A stretch of 64,000 bases of DNA, taken from contig OX638351.1 of the NCBI GenBank assembly GCA_951813565.1, forward strand, positions 5,152,001-5,216,000, given 5' to 3'. The notes beneath the pieces are model-generated. The model had not been told where the DNA came from. It searched no databases and saw only the letters and a list, made by a program, of their open reading frames with translations. The DNA comes from an uncultured Poribacteria bacterium (GTDB lineage: Bacteria > Poribacteria > WGA-4E > WGA-3G). Below, piece by piece: positions 48,440-59,137 of this stretch. Position numbers and translations under genes: made by a program. Within the stretch, counting starts at the first letter, position 1. Each line of letters opens with the position of its first letter.

Positions 48440-49624
48440 TTATATAGTCTTACTCGAAAAATCACTTATCCGACTAATAGCTTCTTCAATCACCTCATTA
48501 GGATACGTAAGCGAAATTCGGAAATAGCCTTCGCTCCATTGTCCATATCCGAGTCCTGGGGTTACGACAACACCTGCTTCTTCAAGAAGTGCCGTAGCAA
48601 AGGCACGACTTGAACCGTTAAAACGTTCTGGCACTGGTGCCCAAACATACATTGTTGCCTTCGGTTTTTCAAGAATCCATCCGCTTTGTGTCAGCGCATC
48701 AACTACCATATCTCTACGTTTTTGGTAGATTACATTCAGTTTAGGTGTAATTTCATCAGCGATTGAAAGCGCTTTTGCTCCAGAAAATTGTAAAGCACGT
48801 AGTGAGCCGTTATCAATATTATCTTTTACCTTTTTCACTGCCTCAACAGCAGTTGGATTGCCCACTACAAATCCTAATCGCCATCCGGTCATATTGAACG
48901 CTTTGCTCAAGGAAAAGAATTCTACCGCAACCTCATCAGCTCCATCCACTTGTAGTATACTGGGTGAACGATAACCGTCATAAGTATTTTCACTATAAGC
49001 GTTGTCGTGTGCGATGAGAATATTGTTTTGACGTCCAAATTCAACTGCACGTTGAAAGAAATCCAGATCGGCGATTGCTGTTGTTGGATTGTTCGGATAG
49101 TTAATCCAAAGCACTTTTGCGAGACGTTTTACGTCGTCTGGAATAGAATCAAAATCAACATAGAAGTTGTTTTCTCTTAAAAGCGGTGCATAGTATGTGG
49201 TTGCACTGGCAAACACGTGACCAATGTTATAGGTAGGATAGCCAGGACTTGCAGCGATCCCAATGTCGCCAGGATTCAATATACCCAACGCCATTTTAAC
49301 AATTGCATCTTTGCTACCGAGCGTTGTTACGATCTGTTCTTCAGACAAAGAAACTCCATAGCGATGTTGATAAAACTCGCGTACTGCCTCAGGAAATTCG
49401 GGTACAGGGCTGTCACAACCGTAACGATGTCTATCAGGGTCTGATGTATTTTGAATTGCGTTACACAAAGTTTCCACTACCGGATCGGGTGTCGGAAAAT
49501 CTGGATCCCCGATGCCAAGGCTTATGACATCAACACCGCGTTCTTTGGCAGCAGCCATTTTTTGGCGTAAATCCACAAAAAGATACGGTGGAAGTTTCTG
49601 TAACCGTTCTGCAAGTGTAATCAA
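48440..49624 (-). CDS. dapL: LL-diaminopimelate aminotransferase
   Basis: LPPYLF, SLGIGDPD, INYPNNPT, HDNAYSE, FSLSKAFNMTGWRLG; dapB nearby. Confidence 0.8.
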   Translation of the reverse strand: MITLAERLQKLPPYLFVDLRQKMAAAKERGVDVISLGIGDPDFPTPDPVVETLCNAIQNTSDPDRHRYGCDSPVPEFPEAVREFYQHRYGVSLSEEQIVTTLGSKDAIVKMALGILNPGDIGIAASPGYPTYNIGHVFASATTYYAPLLRENNFYVDFDSIPDDVKRLAKVLWINYPNNPTTAIADLDFFQRAVEFGRQNNILIAHDNAYSENTYDGYRSPSILQVDGADEVAVEFFSLSKAFNMTGWRLGFVVGNPTAVEAVKKVKDNIDNGSLRALQFSGAKALSIADEITPKLNVIYQKRRDMVVDALTQSGWILEKPKATMYVWAPVPERFNGSSRAFATALLEEAGVVVTPGLGYGQWSEGYFRISLTYPNEVIEEAISRISDFSSKTI

Positions 49625-49696
49625 GATAGTTTTCGCTCCTTTATGTTTGAGTATTATACCATTTCTAATATATAATGTGTCATTTTCTGGAATATC

Positions 49697-49742
49697 CTGT
49701 AGGAGCGACCTCCTGGTCGCGACCGGGAGGTCGCTCCTACAG
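49697..49742. repeat. GTAG-type REP palindrome; related half-sites at ~32911-32939, 37546-37573, 49829-49854, 55943-55965
   Basis: ctgtaggagcgacctcctggtcgcgaccgggaggtcgctcctacag, near-perfect inverted repeat. Confidence 0.8.
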
Positions 49743-49918
49743 AAGAAAGGTATCTTCAGCAGACAATAACAGTTGAATTTCTTAATGAAATAGTATTTAT
49801 TAGAATTGGTATCTTAAAATTTTAGTCCAGTCGGGAATCGGAATTCCCTCCTACCGTAGAATCAACTCAGTATCACGACCTATAACACAAAATGGTTGCT
49901 TTTGTCATTTCATAATCC

Positions 49919-51817
49919 TTAATTTCCGAACGCATTTGCGACAATCACTAAATCTTGTATATTCACAACGCCATCACCATTCACGTCTACCCTCGGATTG
50001 CTGGGCTTTTCTATGCCGATATGTTGTGCCACCATTACCAGATCCAGCACATTGATGATGCCATCAACGTTGACATCGGCTAGGACCTCCATACCTACTA
50101 TATCTATGTTCCACGTCTGTTCCCAACTCTGCCCTTCTCGGACACTTTTCAGGAATCCTTGTGTTTTAACCATGAGTGGATCCCTCAACATCCAACGCGC
50201 GCGGATCCGAATGGTTGGTAAGACACCCCATACTATATAAGCCTCTTGAAATGCTTGGTAGCGTTCAGGTTCTCCATCTGGGTTTGGCACATGAAAACCG
50301 TAGGGGATCGTCCAAGGTGAAAAGAGAAAAGAACTGATGGGATGTGGCTGTTTGTTCCGATAAATTCCCTGTTGCGCTAAGTTCGTATTGAAGAATGTGC
50401 CTTCATGAATACCTTCGCCACCGAGCACAATCCCCGGCATCGCCTCCCTTAATTCCTGATGCATCAGGATGTTTCCTTCTGGAAAGGTTAATCCGTCTAC
50501 AAGCCCATTGGGATCATTTCTAAAAAGTGTATTGATATCCAAGTGGAATCCGTCTATCGGATAGGCTTCGTACACTTTTTTATGTTGCGTAACGGTATAT
50601 TTTCTAAATGCTTTTGACGCTGGATTGATATAAGCCACAGAGTCCGGGTATGACGGATCATCCCATCTGTAGCCGAGTTTGTGTCCTCTGAATGGATGTC
50701 GAAGGTGAAACTTCTCAAACTCTGGATAGAGTGGATCCTCCGGTGACATCACGACAACATTTGTATAAGGCATAACCCGAAACCCATAGGCATGTGCCAT
50801 CTTGAGAAAATCACCAAATTCGGGTCTGGGTGTAGGGAAATTCGCCTTCTCTGCCCTTTGCCAACCGAGTAGATATATCAAGGTCGTTGACGGATTTACA
50901 TGTTCTACTAATTTCGGTAAAATATCCATCTGCAAATTCAGGTAAACAACCAATTCAAGTTCTTTGACCCATACGGGGGGTTGCTTGGGTTGGAAAGCAG
51001 TTTCCATCCAGTCTCGATAAATCCGTGCGGGCACTTGCCAGTCGCCTCGGTAGGCGTTCAAACGCCACTCAACCGATGTAACCTCATTCTTATCTCGGAA
51101 GGGTGCGAAATTGTCTGTCCGAAAACTGATGCCAAAATGTTCGGCAGTTGGATTATAACCGACACCTTTGAACCGAAATGTTGTATCCGTGCTCCGCACA
51201 AAGAACCCGCCATCTCCACCTTGTAGTATGGCGAGTTGTGCCGCCCATCCCTCTGGATACTCAAAACCCCTATGATCGGTATCAGTGGCGGCATCAATGA
51301 TTTCACCACCACTGGCAGGTAATATGATATCCATTTTCTGGCTATTGAGGTATCCGCATCCCCACATAATGCTTACAACACGTTCTGAGGTGCCGTGCTG
51401 TCGAATAACGAGTTCCCCTGTATCGGCATCTATACTGATGCGGATCCGAACCGTTTTATCTACTCTATAATCAGAATAATACGCAACTTCTACACTCAGA
51501 GGGGTCAACCTTTTCGATTCTACTACTTCCCAATGATCATCTATGAGGATATACTTTCCATATTCTCCTTCGTTATATTGTATTGAGATACCACTTTGCT
51601 CATTTGAATCGCCTTGCTGTGGGAGTGTATAAGTCTCCTGTGTGAGTTTGTTGTGGAAGTGCACCAGCACGCCATGTTCAAAGCGCACCTGATACCGATC
51701 CGTCTCCGCGAGGACATTTCCCGCTTCATCAACCGTCAAAGTGTTTGACAACGCAGCAGGTATTAAAACAAACTGTAACAGCAAGATACAAGCACATTTA
51801 ATCCAGAAATCTCTCAC
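49919..51817 (-). CDS. Secreted glycoside-hydrolase-like protein with C-terminal dockerin-like domain
   Basis: Signal peptide; AHAYGFRVMP, DGFHLD, GGEG; twin DVN.DG..N..DLV.VA repeats; AGGAGG RBS. Confidence 0.65.
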   Translation of the reverse strand: MRDFWIKCACILLLQFVLIPAALSNTLTVDEAGNVLAETDRYQVRFEHGVLVHFHNKLTQETYTLPQQGDSNEQSGISIQYNEGEYGKYILIDDHWEVVESKRLTPLSVEVAYYSDYRVDKTVRIRISIDADTGELVIRQHGTSERVVSIMWGCGYLNSQKMDIILPASGGEIIDAATDTDHRGFEYPEGWAAQLAILQGGDGGFFVRSTDTTFRFKGVGYNPTAEHFGISFRTDNFAPFRDKNEVTSVEWRLNAYRGDWQVPARIYRDWMETAFQPKQPPVWVKELELVVYLNLQMDILPKLVEHVNPSTTLIYLLGWQRAEKANFPTPRPEFGDFLKMAHAYGFRVMPYTNVVVMSPEDPLYPEFEKFHLRHPFRGHKLGYRWDDPSYPDSVAYINPASKAFRKYTVTQHKKVYEAYPIDGFHLDINTLFRNDPNGLVDGLTFPEGNILMHQELREAMPGIVLGGEGIHEGTFFNTNLAQQGIYRNKQPHPISSFLFSPWTIPYGFHVPNPDGEPERYQAFQEAYIVWGVLPTIRIRARWMLRDPLMVKTQGFLKSVREGQSWEQTWNIDIVGMEVLADVNVDGIINVLDLVMVAQHIGIEKPSNPRVDVNGDGVVNIQDLVIVANAFGN

Positions 51818-52146
51818 AAATTTACCTCCTTACGTTTTCTCCAGCTTTTATTCCGATAAACAATTCTAAATTGATTTATGTTACTTCGTGTTTCCTATAA
51901 GATTTTAAACACAGAGTGCCATTTTTAATAGAGAACAGTTCGTTATTGGTGAAATATTGTAGCGCAAACTTTCAATTTGCGTCGTTTTATGCACAAACTA
52001 AATGAAGATTAATTTATTTATTCGGTAATTTTATGCCATGCACGAGGCAGTTGTGCCTCCTGCTGGCAAGGTTTCCTAACCTTGCCACATTACCGATTTA
52101 TTTTCTTAATCTTCATACAGTTTGTGCTACTATGTGGCAACTTAGG

Positions 52147-52890
52147 TTATTTCAGTTGAAGAATCGCCTGTTGTGCCTGATTGAGTTGATTCATTATGTT
52201 TGGACTAAAATGCAATCCTTGACCGCCCCAATCCGGCATATAACCGATGCTATAGCAGTAGTAAAGCGTTCTACGCGGTTTTCCTGAGACATTGATGACA
52301 GAACCATGCGTGAGTGCCTCTGTGAAGATGATAGCGTCACCTGCCTTAGCAGGAATCGGTGCCAACACAGGATTTTCATCGGGATGGCTACCCCACGGCT
52401 TCGGAAAATTGCTCTTATGCGCACCAGGGATTACTGCAAAACATCCGTCCTCAACATCGCAGTCAATCATTGGGAAAACGGCTTTTGTCAATGTGGAAAC
52501 CATTTCTCCATTTTTACAATGATACTGACACTTAGGAATAATCGGTGTTCCGTGCATGTGTAAACCGGTATAACCACCACCCCAACGATAAATCGTGTAG
52601 GTATGATTGAGACGATATGGCCCACCAGTCACCCCTTCAACCACGTCCAACACCTCTGGAATATCAACGAGGGCATTAAATACGTTATCTGCCTCCAATA
52701 TGTTGGAGATATAGAGTTCTTTCTCCGTTTTTTCTGTGCCGAGACATAACGGCTCTGGATAATCGCTGGGATTCATATTTTCATACGAATCAAGCACAGC
52801 ATTACATGATTCGATCACTGTCTGAGGAATAACATCTTTCAAAACGATGAAGCCTTGTAAATCAAATAAATACTTTTGTTCACCTGTCAT
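52147..52890 (-). CDS. PhyH-family dioxygenase lacking the HxD acid (LHMHG)
   Basis: KYLFDLQGF, LHMHGT, PGAHKSNF, KAGDAIIFTEALTHG. Confidence 0.82.
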   Translation of the reverse strand: MTGEQKYLFDLQGFIVLKDVIPQTVIESCNAVLDSYENMNPSDYPEPLCLGTEKTEKELYISNILEADNVFNALVDIPEVLDVVEGVTGGPYRLNHTYTIYRWGGGYTGLHMHGTPIIPKCQYHCKNGEMVSTLTKAVFPMIDCDVEDGCFAVIPGAHKSNFPKPWGSHPDENPVLAPIPAKAGDAIIFTEALTHGSVINVSGKPRRTLYYCYSIGYMPDWGGQGLHFSPNIMNQLNQAQQAILQLK

Positions 52891-52901
52891 AATTCACATC
52901 C

Positions 52902-54980
52902 TTATTCAGACTCAATAACCTCATATTTTAGAATTGTTCCACCTTGTCCTGCCACTAAACCACTGTGAGAGCTGCTCATGTGGATTGACGTTAAATCTGT
53001 TCGCGTGTCAGTTCGCTGCGGTCTCCAGTTTTTACCACTATCCTTCGTATGCAGCACAAGCCCATCTTTTCCTACGATCCAACCTTCGTCCTTAGAGATA
53101 AAAAACACGTCATAAAGGAAATTTTGAGTATGGGTCTCTTGACGAGACCAACTTTTTCCACCATCATCGGTATGAAATACCGTTCCGTTTTCACCAACTA
53201 CCCATCCTATTTGGGGAGAAACAAAATAAACAGCGTTTAACCAGATATTCTTGTTTATATCCATTTTTGAGAGTTGACGACTTAGTGTTGAAAGTTGCCA
53301 CCGATTACCGCCATCAACCGTATATAATAGTGTTCCAAAAAGTCCAACAACCCACCCTTCTTTTTTTGATGTAAAGTGAATATCAAACAGGTTATAGGGA
53401 ACACCGCTTTGTTGTCGAGACCATGTTTTGCCACCATCGGAGGTATGGACAATTTCACCTGCGCTTCCCACGCACCAGCCAGTTTCTTCATCTATAAAGA
53501 AAACAGCGAGCAGGTCCTGTTTCGTATTTGAGGTTTGTTGCTGCCAAACGGCACCACCGTTTGTTGTGTGCAGAATAACACCTGTCTCCGCGACCGCCCA
53601 CCCTTTTTGAGGTGACACAAAATGTGTAGCACCGAAGCATTCTGCAGTACGGCTATCCTGCGCTTGCCACTTTGTTCCGCCATCGTCGGTTTGTAGGATC
53701 GCGCCTCGGTCACCGACAACAAACCCCTTGTCCTTCCCGACTATACAAACATCAAAGAGCAAGTGAGTTGGACTTGATTGTGCCTCCCACGTTACGCCGC
53801 CGTTACGCGTATGTAGAATCGTGCCGTTTTCACCAACCGCCCAACCAAGTTTTTTAGATACGAAGTCAACGCCTAATAAGAGACCGTCAGCACTGTTATG
53901 AAAACGTGGACCGCCGCGCTGATGTTTCCATACGCTACTACCATCTTTCTTGATTCCAGTCGTAGTATGCAGGATAACACCCAAGTCTCCTACAATCCAG
54001 CCATGCTTATTGTCTGCGAAGTCAACATCATAAAGAGTAAACGTATGTAAAGGTTCTTTGCCGAGATAATCAGGTTGTCCGTATTCTTCTTTGTGGCGTT
54101 GGTTGCTTCCGTCAGTGATGAATTTCCACGTTTTACCGCTTTCAGTTGTAACATAAAGGCTGCGCTTATCCCCAACCGCCCAACCTGTTAACTTGTCAAC
54201 GAAATGTAGACTAAACAGTGCGGATTTTGTAGCGAATTGTTCTTCCCATGTCTTTCCACCATCCGTGGTGTGATAAATGTACCCTGAGTTTTCACTGTCA
54301 TTAGGTGTGCTGTAGGTAATGATCCAGCCATAAGTATTGTCAACAAAATGAATATCTTTTAATGACTTTTCTCCGAAGGCACTTCCATCAACTTTTTGAA
54401 ATGTCTTTCCGCCATCTGTTGTTTTGAGTAGGGTCCCCCAATCACCAACTATCCACCCTGTGACTTTACCCAAATATAGACTGTGCAGATTATATTCTGT
54501 GTCTGTTTCAATCCGTTGCCAGGTCTTTCCACCATCGGAAGTGTGTATGACAATGCCTGCTTCCCCTACACACCACCCTTCAGATGCGTTGCGAAAATAC
54601 ACCTTTTTCAAAGGTTTTCCAAAAATTCCGCTGTTTTGCCTATTCCAACTCTCACCGCCATCTGCTGTATACAGGATAATGCTCTCTGCACCTTCAGTGT
54701 AAGATCGGTCTGTTTCATCAACCTCAGCAACAGTATGAGCAGAGATCATTCCCACCGAATTCCCAACTGTCCATCCCTGCGTTTCAGAAATAAAGTGAAC
54801 ATCGTATAGATGTGCACTCCAATCTCCTTTCAATACGGTTTTCCACACACCTATCGTATTTTTTGGTGTGTTCGAACAACCCAGAAAAGACAAAATTGTT
54901 ATAAGATGAAAGAGAAACAGATACGGAAGTGCTCGATTTCCGTAACTATTTACTATTTCCAAAAAGGACTTCACTAACAT
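52902..54980 (-). CDS. YCF48/BNR-repeat beta-propeller lipoprotein
   Basis: Many GW.VG..G.ILHT.DGG.TW repeats; FLGC lipobox; start uncertain. Confidence 0.82.
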   Translation of the reverse strand: MLVKSFLEIVNSYGNRALPYLFLFHLITILSFLGCSNTPKNTIGVWKTVLKGDWSAHLYDVHFISETQGWTVGNSVGMISAHTVAEVDETDRSYTEGAESIILYTADGGESWNRQNSGIFGKPLKKVYFRNASEGWCVGEAGIVIHTSDGGKTWQRIETDTEYNLHSLYLGKVTGWIVGDWGTLLKTTDGGKTFQKVDGSAFGEKSLKDIHFVDNTYGWIITYSTPNDSENSGYIYHTTDGGKTWEEQFATKSALFSLHFVDKLTGWAVGDKRSLYVTTESGKTWKFITDGSNQRHKEEYGQPDYLGKEPLHTFTLYDVDFADNKHGWIVGDLGVILHTTTGIKKDGSSVWKHQRGGPRFHNSADGLLLGVDFVSKKLGWAVGENGTILHTRNGGVTWEAQSSPTHLLFDVCIVGKDKGFVVGDRGAILQTDDGGTKWQAQDSRTAECFGATHFVSPQKGWAVAETGVILHTTNGGAVWQQQTSNTKQDLLAVFFIDEETGWCVGSAGEIVHTSDGGKTWSRQQSGVPYNLFDIHFTSKKEGWVVGLFGTLLYTVDGGNRWQLSTLSRQLSKMDINKNIWLNAVYFVSPQIGWVVGENGTVFHTDDGGKSWSRQETHTQNFLYDVFFISKDEGWIVGKDGLVLHTKDSGKNWRPQRTDTRTDLTSIHMSSSHSGLVAGQGGTILKYEVIESE

Positions 54981-55755
54981 CGTGTAATCCTCGGGAAGCA
55001 TTCACCACCCATCTTGCCGCTCGAATAGCACCTTTAGCAAATGCTTCAGGGCTATGTGCGCGGTGCACAACACTTAACGTTTCACCTTCAGTCGCAAACA
55101 TGACAGTGTGATCACCAGCAATGTCACCACCGCGAATTGCGTGAACGCCGATCTGCTTTTTAGGGCGAGGACCGATAATACCGTGCCGACCATAGACACC
55201 TACTTCATCCAAATCGCGTCCAACGGCATCGGCAACCGTTTCTGCTAATCGGAGTGCAGTGCCGCTCGGTGAATCTGCTTTATGGTTATGATGCGCTTCT
55301 ATTATTTCTATATCATAGTCATCGCCGAGTGCTTTTGCAATTAATTCCAGTGCTTGGATCATGACGTTAACACCAAGACTCATGTTCGGTGCCATCACAC
55401 AGCGGATCTTTGAGGCAAGTTCTCGGACTTCAGCTAACTCTTCAGTGCTAAATCCAGTCGTAGCAATTATCATAGCTTTATCTGCATCTACAACTTGCTG
55501 CAAATGCTGTAATGTGGCGTCCGGTTTTGAGAATTCGATGACAACATCCGCGCTTGCAATAACATCGTTGAGTTCACTGGTGATTAAAACACCCAATTCA
55601 CCTATACCTGCAACGACACCGACATCGTTCCCCATTTCAGGGTGGGAGGGAAACTCAATCGCCCCTACAAGTTCCATATCATCTTGTTGTGCAACGCCTT
55701 GGGTAATCAGTCTTCCCATACGTCCACATGCGCCATTCACTACTACATTGATCAT
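54946..55755 (-). CDS. dapB: 4-hydroxy-tetrahydrodipicolinate reductase
   Basis: GACGRMG, ATTG, APNMSLGV, EAHHNHKADSPSGTA. Confidence 0.95.
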   Translation of the reverse strand: MINVVVNGACGRMGRLITQGVAQQDDMELVGAIEFPSHPEMGNDVGVVAGIGELGVLITSELNDVIASADVVIEFSKPDATLQHLQQVVDADKAMIIATTGFSTEELAEVRELASKIRCVMAPNMSLGVNVMIQALELIAKALGDDYDIEIIEAHHNHKADSPSGTALRLAETVADAVGRDLDEVGVYGRHGIIGPRPKKQIGVHAIRGGDIAGDHTVMFATEGETLSVVHRAHSPEAFAKGAIRAARWVVNASRGLHDVSEVLFGNSK

Positions 55756-55843
55756 TGTTTTTCCTTTTGCCGCTGTTGCTGTTTACTTTTGATAACGAAG
55801 GATTTGGATACCTTTCGGTATTGAAGTATGTGTTTTTATTAAG

Positions 55844-55999
55844 TAACCTAAGTTGCTACGGACAAGATTTCAAGCTTGCAGACATTGCTTTTTACTGAAA
55901 AACAAGGATTTCCAGCTAATTCTTATGCTTTCTTTTCTAAATCGGGGTTAGAAACCCCTCCTACAAGAGCATTCGCGATATAGGTAGCAACTTGGGTTA
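55844..55999. mobile_element. MITE-like element with REP cargo
   Basis: TAACCTAAGTTGCTAC / GTAGCAACTTGGGTTA (15/16); lone related end at 52134-52149. Confidence 0.65.
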
Positions 56000-56063
56000 A
56001 GTATATCATATTCAAGGAAAATTCACACAAAATTCTATTTCTAAAGTGAGTCTGACCTATACG

Positions 56064-56975
56064 CTACAACAAACTTGATAGTTGCAACTGTTCACCTGCA
56101 TGGTAGGAACTTCGCACTAATGGACCCGACTCCACATGCCGAAAGCCCATCTCAATACCAGCCTCTTTGAGTTCATCAAATTCGTCTGGTGTATAGTAAC
56201 GTTGAATCGGTAGATGGCGTGGAGAAGGTGAGAGATATTGCCCAATAGTAAGAATATCACAACCCGTCCTTTGAATGTCTTGCATCGTTTCTAAAAGTTC
56301 AATTACTGTCTCTCCTAACCCCACCATTAGACCAGATTTTGTTAGCATTTCTGGATTCAGTTTTTTGCCGATTTTGAGAAGTGTGAGCGTTTGTTGGTAA
56401 TTTGCGTACGGACGCGCGCGGCGGTATAGACGTTGAACTGTTTCTGTATTGTGATTGAGCACCTCCGGACCCGCTTGCACGATTACTTTAAGCGCATCCC
56501 AATTGCCTTCAAGATCGGGAATAAGAACCTCTATAGTACAACCCGGGCGGTGCTTTCGTGCTGCTGTAATACAATCTGCAAATATACCCGCACCACCATC
56601 AGCTAAATCGTCCCGGTTAACGGAGGTAATGACAACGTGGTTTAGCTTCAAGTGTGCAACTGCTTCACCCAACCTTCGCGGTTCATCTGTATCTACGACA
56701 TTAGGATTGCCTTTCTTCACTGCACAGAACATGCACCTGCGTGTACAGATATCCCCTAATATCATAAAGGTAGCCGTGCGACTGTTCCAGCATTCCCCGA
56801 TATTAGGACACCGTGCTTCTTCGCAGACAGTGTGAAGATCAAGATCACGCATTAATTTTTTAAGTTCTGTGTAGTTCCCTCCGCCGGGAATACGTGCCTT
56901 AATCCATGATGGATGCCTACGTTGAAGGGGATCAGGGGAAAGTATCGGAAGGGTTTTAAACATACTATTTTCCAT
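56064..56975 (-). CDS. lipA: Lipoyl synthase
   Basis: CEEARCPNIGEC, CTRRCMFC, TKSGLMVGLGE, RSSY; start placed downstream of tRNA-Sec (56975 or 56963). Confidence 0.95.
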   Translation of the reverse strand: MENSMFKTLPILSPDPLQRRHPSWIKARIPGGGNYTELKKLMRDLDLHTVCEEARCPNIGECWNSRTATFMILGDICTRRCMFCAVKKGNPNVVDTDEPRRLGEAVAHLKLNHVVITSVNRDDLADGGAGIFADCITAARKHRPGCTIEVLIPDLEGNWDALKVIVQAGPEVLNHNTETVQRLYRRARPYANYQQTLTLLKIGKKLNPEMLTKSGLMVGLGETVIELLETMQDIQRTGCDILTIGQYLSPSPRHLPIQRYYTPDEFDELKEAGIEMGFRHVESGPLVRSSYHAGEQLQLSSLL

Positions 56976-57003
56976 AATCAGGGAGGCAAAATACTGTATA
57001 AAA

Positions 57004-57097
57004 TGGCGGGAGAGGGTGGGAGTCGAACCCACCTATCCACTTGCATGGACAAGCCGGTTTTGAAGACCGGTAGGGCCACCGGACCCTATCCTCCCCC
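57004..57097 (-). tRNA. selC: tRNA-Sec (anticodon UCA)
   Basis: 8-bp acceptor stem GGGGGAGG/CCTCTCCC, anticodon loop CTTCAAA, long variable arm, GTTCGACTC, encoded G-CCA end; next to selB. Confidence 0.93.
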
Positions 57098-57202
57098 ATA
57101 AGTTAGAAGCATGTTTGATAGTTATGGTAAGCTAAAGAACAATATATTTTTATTTGGGTTGACAACGTTGGTAGTCGCCAAATGTCATACGCGCATTCAG
57201 CA

Positions 57203-59137
57203 CTAATTTTGTCTTGATGACAATCTGCGGACGTTACCATCTCGAATTGTGACATTTTGCGTGTCACAGTACTCCAAGAACGGCACTGCATATTTACGTG
57301 AAGTTTGCGCCAATTCCCGAAACTCCCCAACCGTTATTGTCCCATTTTCTCGGAGATAATTGGTTAATAATTCTTTTATTTCTTCAAACACCTCTCTGTG
57401 GATAAAGAAATTATCGGCTGCTTTGATAAATTGCCCAAGGTTTAATAAAGCGAAAAACGTTGATTCAATCACTTGGGGGGTATACTCTGGAAATAGCGTT
57501 TTCAGTTCATTAAGTCCAGGAGAATTGATTCCCACATCCAAAAATAATTTTTCAAGTGTTTCTTTAGCAGTTGACTCTTCTGCAGAGAATTGAATTTCAT
57601 GTGAAGCTAACCGTATTAGATTTCCATCCTTAACTAATTGCTTCGTTTTAATCAGTTCATTCGTAAGTTTTTCAAAACCTATCTCATCAAGTTCAAGTTC
57701 ACGGCTTAATTGCGATGCATTCTGCCCAGCGAGAAGCGGTTCTTTTTTGTGAAATTCTGACAACACTGTTAAAAGTTTCTCTGTAAATTCTGCAGTACGC
57801 GCAGCATCTGAAACAAGAGGCGTTTTACCCGATGTATCCCATCTTACAATTTTTTTTTCGGATGCCAAGGTTTCTAAAATGTTTCCGACTTCTGCTTGTG
57901 AATACGGCATATAATAATAGAGAAATGATTCGGCAACACATAGTGAAGGACTATTTTCTAAAACGGCATTTACAACTTGTGTGTCGTCCGCTTCTTCCCA
58001 CTGTGCTAAGGTTGTAATAGTTTCTTGTGTAAACCGCTTGTGCTTTGGTGCAAATGGGTTGATTACTTCACCACCACCAACAGTATGTTGTGCGGAAAAA
58101 TCTCGCAAAATGATGCGATCACCTCTAAATGTTAAAATCGGCTGCTCTAAGCGGAGTTGGACTTGGACTCTGTCCCCAGGTAGAATTGCTTCGTCAACTA
58201 ATAAAATCAATCGACAAAATATCTCACGCGTCCCAAGGTACGCACGAAAACGTCCCCAATGTTCAAGCATCCTTGGAAATGAGGATAAAACCTGCAACGA
58301 CACATCAATATTATCAGTAACACGTGAGAAGTTAATCGGACATAACACATCGCCACGTTGAATATCATGGACAGTAGTACCGGATAGGTTAAGCGCAGTT
58401 CTTTGTCCAGCTTGCGCAACATCAGCATGTTCGTTATGCACCTGTATACCTCGCACCCGTACCACATCATCTTGTGGTAGGATAACCATCCGCTGATCCC
58501 GATTTACTGAACCACCTATGAGCGTTCCTGTAACTACTACGCCAAAACCTTGAACAGTAAAAACACGGTCAACATACAACCGCGGAATGCCATCATGTTC
58601 TTGTGCTTTCGTTGCCAGATCAACCTGTTCAACGATCATCTGCTTTAAGGTGTCAATCCCTTCACCGGTTATAGATGAAACACTAACGGAAGGAATTCCC
58701 TCAAGCGATGTGCCAACTAACATTTCCTGTGTCATTTCTGTTGCTTCAGTTAGTTCTTCACGGGTTGCCAAATCTGACTTCGTCATCACAAGTATGCCAT
58801 TTGAGATTCCAAGCAGATCTAAAATTGCTAAGTGTTCAAGCGTCTGTTCCTGAACACCTTCCTTGGCATCAACAACAAAAAGCACAATATCCATCCCATA
58901 AGCACCGGACAGCATGTTCCGGATGAATTTCTCATGTCCAGGCACATCAACAATCCCTGCGCGTGAATTATCGGGAAGGTCAAAATAAGCAAAACCTAAC
59001 TCAATAGATAAGCCGCGCTCCCGTTCTTCTTTGAGTCGGTCTGTCTCAATGCCTGTGAGTGTGCCAACCAGGGCGGTTTTTCCGTGGTCCACATGCCCTG
59101 CTGTCCCGATGATAAGGTGTCGTCTATCTTGATGCAT
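57203..59137 (-). CDS. selB: Selenocysteine-specific elongation factor
   Basis: GTAGHVDHGKT, TDRLKEERERGLSIELGF, DVPGHE, C-terminal TSRKYAVPFLEY. Confidence 0.95.
   Translation of the reverse strand: MHQDRRHLIIGTAGHVDHGKTALVGTLTGIETDRLKEERERGLSIELGFAYFDLPDNSRAGIVDVPGHEKFIRNMLSGAYGMDIVLFVVDAKEGVQEQTLEHLAILDLLGISNGILVMTKSDLATREELTEATEMTQEMLVGTSLEGIPSVSVSSITGEGIDTLKQMIVEQVDLATKAQEHDGIPRLYVDRVFTVQGFGVVVTGTLIGGSVNRDQRMVILPQDDVVRVRGIQVHNEHADVAQAGQRTALNLSGTTVHDIQRGDVLCPINFSRVTDNIDVSLQVLSSFPRMLEHWGRFRAYLGTREIFCRLILLVDEAILPGDRVQVQLRLEQPILTFRGDRIILRDFSAQHTVGGGEVINPFAPKHKRFTQETITTLAQWEEADDTQVVNAVLENSPSLCVAESFLYYYMPYSQAEVGNILETLASEKKIVRWDTSGKTPLVSDAARTAEFTEKLLTVLSEFHKKEPLLAGQNASQLSRELELDEIGFEKLTNELIKTKQLVKDGNLIRLASHEIQFSAEESTAKETLEKLFLDVGINSPGLNELKTLFPEYTPQVIESTFFALLNLGQFIKAADNFFIHREVFEEIKELLTNYLRENGTITVGEFRELAQTSRKYAVPFLEYCDTQNVTIRDGNVRRLSSRQN

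Noticed and set aside
56976..57032. Extended N-terminus of lipA given by the ORF track
   Set aside because: Overlaps tRNA-Sec; the real start must be downstream.
57004..57097. selC as an island integration site
   Set aside because: No integrase nearby and no duplicated tRNA 3' end noticed; flanked by housekeeping genes.
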